Assembly (NCBI RefSeq): GCF_009914755.1
Contig: NC_060948.1
DNA length: 64,000 nucleotides
Strand: one strand, 5' to 3'
DNA from: the human T2T-CHM13v2.0 reference genome, Homo sapiens
In this document: positions 56,751-64,000 of the stretch, piece by piece
Layout: each line of letters starts with the position of its first letter
How positions within the stretch are numbered: the first letter of the stretch is position 1
Notes under the pieces: model-generated
Databases searched by the model: none
What the model was told of the DNA's origin: nothing
What the model saw: only the letters and a program-made list of their open reading frames with translations
Program-made: the position numbers and the translations under genes

Positions 56751-57894
56751 CCTAAGTACCAGCAAAGTAGGTTGTAAACTCTTTAAGTGTAACATATACT
56801 TTGTGGCATACACACCTTTATATTCCGAGTACCTAGGATAGTTTCTAGCAGACAGAGTTAACGAATAATACATATTTTTAATAAAACTAAATGTTCCAAT
56901 GCATGTTGAAAATTGATTATAATTCCCTTGCAAGTTTTGGTTCTGATTGCACTGGAACCCCATGTAGCTCCAAGTTGGACAAAGTCAGCTGGTTTACATC
57001 TCAATGTAATAAATATTTGTTGAAAGAACTGTATGGCATGATGCCCCCTTTGTGTCTACTCACATTGACTTCAATAAATGATATTCTCTTTCTTGATACA
57101 AAAATCTACAAAAGTTTATTCATATAAATTTCTATACTATGAAAATTAGCATTCCACAAATTCTATAAACCAAATCATGAGTTACAGGATTGATAGATTG
57201 AGGGATAGAGGGATAGATGAACAAGTGCATCAAATGAAATATAGTTCGAAAGCACTATTACCCATTCAATTCCAAGCACTAAACCATTAAGAAACTTCTT
57301 GCGGTTCTCTTCCTTTCCTTAGTCGGCATATGATAAATCTTTTTGTCCTAATGTCTCTTTCATGTTTAATTTCCCAGTGTTGGTTTACAAGTGTTACTCT
57401 TTCTCTTCACTATTGGAAATTGGATGATTCAATTTATTTTTAAACTTTTAATGTTAAAAGGCATTGGCACTTCAAAAGAGAAAATGTATCTCCTAGGTTT
57501 GTGATATGAGCAGTGATATAGCAATGATTTCAAATACAGCATGCTTTAAATTCCAAGCTGGTGGAAATGTACCTGTATATTAATTAGGTGTTTACTATTT
57601 ATGGCCAGAAACAAAATATCATGAATTGTTGAGATACATGTACATGGAGAGATTATATTCTTATTTCTACAGTACTAGTAACAATATAGTGAAAAATATA
57701 CAAAACTACATTCCTTTATCTTTGTACATGGGAAGATTTGAGAGTGCATAGAGTTTCATCACTAAGATTGTATGATATTAGTCTCAATATATCTTCAAAG
57801 AATCAAATGGGTGTGAAGTATATTAAAATTTGGTAAAGTGTTAGTGAGAGCCTGGGTAAATAACTCTAGGCATTCAGGTTAATAATAAAAAGAA

Positions 57895-58010
57895 AATTTT
57901 TGATAGTTTTAATGGTTGTACAACTGTCTGAATATACTGCAAACTAATGAATTTCATGTTTTAAAAGGTGGACAGTATGACACTTAAATTATATTTCAAT
58001 AAAGCTGGTA
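57895..58010 (+). mobile_element. Ancient L1M (MB-ME class) 3'-end relic
   Basis: atggttgtacaactgtctgaatatact..ttttaaaaggtgga..aattatatttcaataaagct. Confidence 0.65.
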
Positions 58011-59567
58011 AAATGCTCATACAAATAGTTTTTGAAATGTAAATACCATTGTGAACACTTTCAACTCAGTTATCATACAGTATATTTTCTTTAGTCTCCA
58101 TCCAGTTCCAGCAAATGCTACTACATGCACACTGAGAAGTAACAAAAAGGTAAAACTCTGTTTTCATTATTCTCCCTAATTTGCTCCTCAAATCATTCTT
58201 ATCCCCATAGCAACTCAGAGGAGTTGGAATGAATGTCCCATCCCCATTTCTTCTGCTTTAGTAAACTTGAATATTTAACTAGTATGATCTGACCCTTGGT
58301 TTGAAATTTAGATGCCTTATGACTACAGAAACTATAATAGGCACAATATTTGTCAAAAATGTTGAATACTGCAGGAAAAACAAATGCAATCCCAATAAAG
58401 TCCAGTTTTAAAATTAGCTTTACATGTAAGTGAGTTTTGTGGGAATGGGATCAGAATGGGTGATACTAAGTCATTAAAGTGCTTTGTTTTACAAAGAATG
58501 GATAAAGTTGTGCTGATTTTCAAGTCTGCATTGATTGACTTGCTCTTTTAATGCATTATAAATCACAGAGAAATAAAAATCATGGTGAAGAAAATTATTT
58601 AAAAATACCATAATAATAAGTATTGTCCAGTTATAATTATCTAATTCATTTTCTCTCTCTTTCTCTGTCTCTCAACTTACTTCTGCATTTATACTAAGAG
58701 AAGATACACAGAATAGACACTAACCTTGCAGACACAAACATTCTATAACATCCTAATTAATCTGGTAGGTGGGATTAATTTTTTTCTTTCCAAACCACAA
58801 GAAGCATTATATGTTAACATCATCAATTTTCAGATATATTCTATATACTTGTAATATAGTTGAACTTCATCATATGCATAATTTTTATTCTCTGAAAATA
58901 TAGCACTTTCCCTAGAATTCTTAGCATTTTCCTCTCTAATAAGGTTTCTTGAAGTAGACACTATCAAAACTTTATGAAGTAAGAAAATTGTATTATTTAC
59001 TATTGACTTCTTGTTTGAATTAAAGTCAAAAAATAAATTTCAAAATAAAGTCATTACATTTTTGTTGCTGGAAATTAGAAGCAGAAATATTTCCTCAGTA
59101 CGAAAAAAGATCTCTGCATATTTAGTTATTTAATAAATGTTCATTGAATGTAAAACACATCTTTTATTCACAGTTCTTATTTCATGTATTCTAATGTTAA
59201 TTATTAGTACTATTCATGTATTTACATATTTAAGTTATCATATAAATTTAGAAACTTATTAGAAACAATTTTATTACATTTCAGGTGTTTCTCCAATTGC
59301 CTGTGTGCTTTATTGCACTAGCAGAAGACAATTTTTATTTTACTGGCATACGAATACAGGCTTTACGTGTATCCTGAGGCACAGGGTCCCAAACTGCATT
59401 AGTTCAACAGACAGCAGCATGATAATAAACCCCAGGGTGTCAACCTATTAGTTTTAAAAATAGCTATAAAATTGACTTTAAATCTGATTTGTAATATTTT
59501 GCAGTCTTCATAGTAGTAATTCATAACTACCTATCTATACTTTCTTTAATTATTTAAAAATTCATAA

Positions 59568-59988
<421 letters not shown>

Positions 59989-60074
59989 AAGTCTGGTATT
60001 TTTTAAATGTCAGGCTGAGTGTTGTCATCTGCTCTTGACATGTCATTTAATTTTCAACATGGTTGTTCTCAGAA

Positions 60075-60200
60075 CTGTTATCCCCATTTTTCAAATGAGG
60101 AAATGAAGGCTAAGAAATAATAATAAACGTGGCCAAGATCACAGAACTCATGCTTAGTAGAACCTCAGCCCATGCTCATGTATTCCTGATTCCATTTCAC
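60075..60200 (-). mobile_element. MIR relic
   Basis: ttatccccatttttcaaatgaggaaatgaaggct...ggccaagatcacag. Confidence 0.75.
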
Positions 60201-60657
60201 AATCATTTAACTGAAGATACTAACATTTCAACACCCAACATTGCCATGGGGATAATCTGAAGTGTGCCAAGAGCTTATATAAATGCCTCATTAATTGCTA
60301 AATCACTTACAAATTGTAAATTTGGCTTAAGTTTATCTCTTTATGTCTACTTGGGACCTAGAAGCAAAGCAGGGTAAATTTAGCAAGGAATGGACAAGAT
60401 CAATGTTCTTGTCATTTCCCAATTGTGTAACCTTTTTAAAATCACTTTACTTATTTAAGTTGACCATGGAAATGATATATTTCCAACTCACAGTTTTGTC
60501 AGAATCCAACAAGATATTTTATGTGAAAATTTTTACTTCATTGGTCAAAACCTGATAAATAAGAAATTTTTACAGGATTCCATGTTTAATAGAGTCATTG
60601 CTTCTTCACCAGAAGTTCAAGGAAGAACTTCTTGGAATTAAAAAGTAACCACAGTGT

Positions 60658-61003
<346 letters not shown>

Positions 61004-61684
61004 TTAATTTAGCCTTTGAAACTGAAAACACATGTGACAATCGTTGAAGGAAACCAGTTGCTCAAAAGAAGTTATAAAACTATAAATATATACTTTAGAG
61101 AAAAGGAGTTTGCTGTTCAATGAATATGGAATACCCATTATGTGGATATCTAGAGTACCTGGTACCCTAATGCCTGAACTTCCTATTCCAGGAAAGGCAG
61201 AGTGGAATTCTTAAAATACTCTTCACTTTAACTTCTCCTAAAGGAAAGTAGACATGAAGAGCAAGTAGGCATACTGGGATATGTGGCCATGAGATGTCCT
61301 GGATAATGTGCCTGAATAAAATTTGAACTGAGTTCCTTTATTTTACTTTCCTTTATACTGCTACTTGATACATAGTAGTTTACAGGTTGCAGGATTATTT
61401 CATTACTATGTTTCTCTTAGAAAAAGAGCAATTTAAGAACCATCCAATGGCATTCGATTTATAATTGTATTAATAAACAGAAAGTCACTATTGAAACAAA
61501 CCAGACACTGGGCAAAGTTGCCTGTAGGAGAAACCTGGAATGAAAGAGAGACTATGAATCTTCTTTTAAAGCTCATATATGCTACTTGAAATACTAGCAA
61601 ATATCATATTTCGTTGCTATATATATTCATATGACATGTGTTTGGGGCTTTACATAAGAGCCATATTAGATTTATTTACTTATT

Positions 61685-62828
61685 TTTTTTAACTTTTAAA
61701 TTCAGGGTACATGTGCAGGTTTGTAACATAGGTAAACTTATGTCATAGGGGTTTGTTGTACAGATTATTTCATCACCCAGATAGTAAGCCTAGTAGCCAT
61801 TTCTCTGGATCCTTTCCCTCCTCCCACCCTTCACCGTCTGATAGGCCCCAGTGTGTGTTGTCCCCGCTATGTGTCAGTGTGTTCTCATCATTTAGCTCCC
61901 AATTATAAGCCAGACCATGCAGTATTTGGTTTTCTGTTCGTTTGTTAGTTTGCTAAGGATAATGACTTCCAGTTCCCTCCATGTCCCTGCAAAGGACATG
62001 ACCTTTTTTATGACTGCATAGTATTCCATGGTATATATGTACCACATTTTCTTTACCCAGTTTATCATTGATGGGCATTTAGGTTGATTTCATGTCTTTG
62101 CTATTGTAGTGAACATATGTGTACACATGTCTTTATAATAGAATGATTTATATTCCTTTTGGTATATACTTAGTAATGGGATTTCTGTGTCGAATGGTAT
62201 TTCTGTCTTTAGGTCTTTGAGGAATCACCACACTGTCTGCTGCAATGGTTGAATTAATTTACTCTCCCACCAACAGTATATAAGAATTCCTTTTTCTCCA
62301 CAACCTCATCAGCATTTGTTATTTTTTGACTTTTTAAAAATAGGCACTCTGGTGTGAGATGGTATTTCACTGTGGTTTGGATTGGCATTTCTCTAATGAT
62401 CAGTGATTTTGATCATTTTTTTCATGATGGTTGGCTGCATGTATGTCTTCTTTTGAAAAGTATCTGTTCATGTCCTTTGCTCACTTTTTAATAAAATTGT
62501 TTGTGTGGTTTTTTTTTGTAAATTTAAGTTCCTTATACATGCTGTATATTACACCTTTGTTGGATACATAGTTGGCAAGAATTTTCTCCCATTCTGTAGG
62601 TTGTCTGTTAACTCTTTGATTGTTTCTTTTGCTGTGTAAGAGCTCTTTCATTTCCTTAGATCCCAGTTGTCAATTTTTGCTTTTGTTGCAATTACTTTTG
62701 ACATCTTTGTCATGCAATCTTTGCCCATGTCTATGTCCTGAATGGTATTGCCTAGGTTGTCTTCCGAGATTCTTATAGTTTTGGACTTTACATTTAAGTC
62801 TTTTACCCAACTAGAGTTAATTTTTTAC
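61685..62828 (-). mobile_element. 5'-truncated L1PA13-like fragment
   Basis: 3' UTR gggtttgttgtacagattatttcatcacccag; same type as the 3' end at 32000-32309; possible TSD acttattt. Confidence 0.88.
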
Positions 62829-64000
62829 ACTTATTTAAAATTATATTTATGTATTTAGACTTAACTTTTAAAATTTATATCTTATTCTAAATTTTAATCA
62901 ACTTAAAATCTGTTTTTTACTTAAAAAGAAATAGCACATACACACACATGCAGGAATTTAATATTCTTCACTTATATGTAAAAAACATTATTTGATGTTT
63001 TCCGTTTCAAGATATAACAATTTATTTTCACTTTTATGTGCATTTATATTATTATATAGGTTTTTAATTTGTGACCTAACTCTTCATTCTGGACAAAGAT
63101 AACTAGTTGCATCTTTAGATGTAAAGTTACACTCAAGTGCAATAAAGTGAGTCCTCAAAATGACAAAACAAACAAACAAAAAACAACAAAGCAGACACTG
63201 AAGTGAGGAGAAGGGAAACGTAATAGCCTATTATGCAAAAATAACTTCATTTAAGAAATCAACCAAGATTAGAGAAAAATATGAGTATCCACATGGGGAT
63301 TATATGGGTATATTGGCATCTATAATTTTAAAGATGGTTTATGAATCATTGTTTTGAATCAGATTGGAGGACCAATCTCTACTCTTTATAATGAGGCTTC
63401 TTTCTGTCCTAGCTAAGTGGGAGCTATAATTGATAGTGTATATGGCCACGAAGTGGAACAGAATGCTGTCATAGGAGTTTTCTACGTAATGTGATTAAAG
63501 CTAACATGCAGTACATCAAAAACACTGTAGTCCGTCTGACAGTCTTTAGCAGTGGGCATCTAATATTGAAGTTTGATTTACTTCAACATTTGAAAACTCT
63601 GTTACCTTAATATCTTTCAAGGACTTCAAATACTTTTTGATTTATTCCAAGCTTTCATTTTATTATTGAACTGGAACTAAAACTTCCAAAATGCAAATGA
63701 AATAAATGAAATAAAGATCATTAATGGTGCTTAATTCAGTTATCAGAATATCAGCATAGTGTGAGTTTTGCAAATTGGTTTCTCAATTCTGAATTTACAT
63801 TCTGTTTGCCATGTGTTCAACTTGAACTTACACAGGATGACTCATTTTTATAAACTTATACCATTCATATAACTTGAGGAAAAGATTTATTGCTTATCTT
63901 TATAGACAAGTAACTTGAGTATACAGTCACTCTTTAGATAATAGACATTTTACTCATTATGTTGTGGATTCAATTCTGAAGCCAGTTATTTTGCTATTAG

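Overview
Primate genomic DNA, probably human or another ape or Old World monkey (AluY and L1PA4-like copies are present). It is AT-rich and, by my rough count, about two-thirds interspersed repeats. I recognise no intact protein-coding gene, RNA gene or CpG island. Most ORFs in the supplied track are decayed L1, Tigger1, THE1 or Alu frames; the rest are short and unrecognisable. The window contains: three long old L1MA-type elements on the minus strand (two apparently full length); a full-length Tigger1 with four nested insertions; a composite L1PA splitting a MER58B; a two-LTR THE1 nested in an L1MA and itself hit by an L1PA; a MER4E-like solo LTR; about 15 Alus; and MIR/L2 relics. I found no evidence for a new biological system. 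The most notable observations are mutational fossils: a perfect 32-bp inverted templated insertion, a ~66-bp TSD-flanked polyadenylated retrocopy of an unidentified RNA 3' end, a probable L1 3' micro-transduction, and an L1-in-L1 chimera that lacks the inner element's 3' end. A few minus-strand exon-like segments are unverified. Subfamily names come from recalled consensus sequences, not a RepeatMasker run, and boundaries of old elements are approximate.
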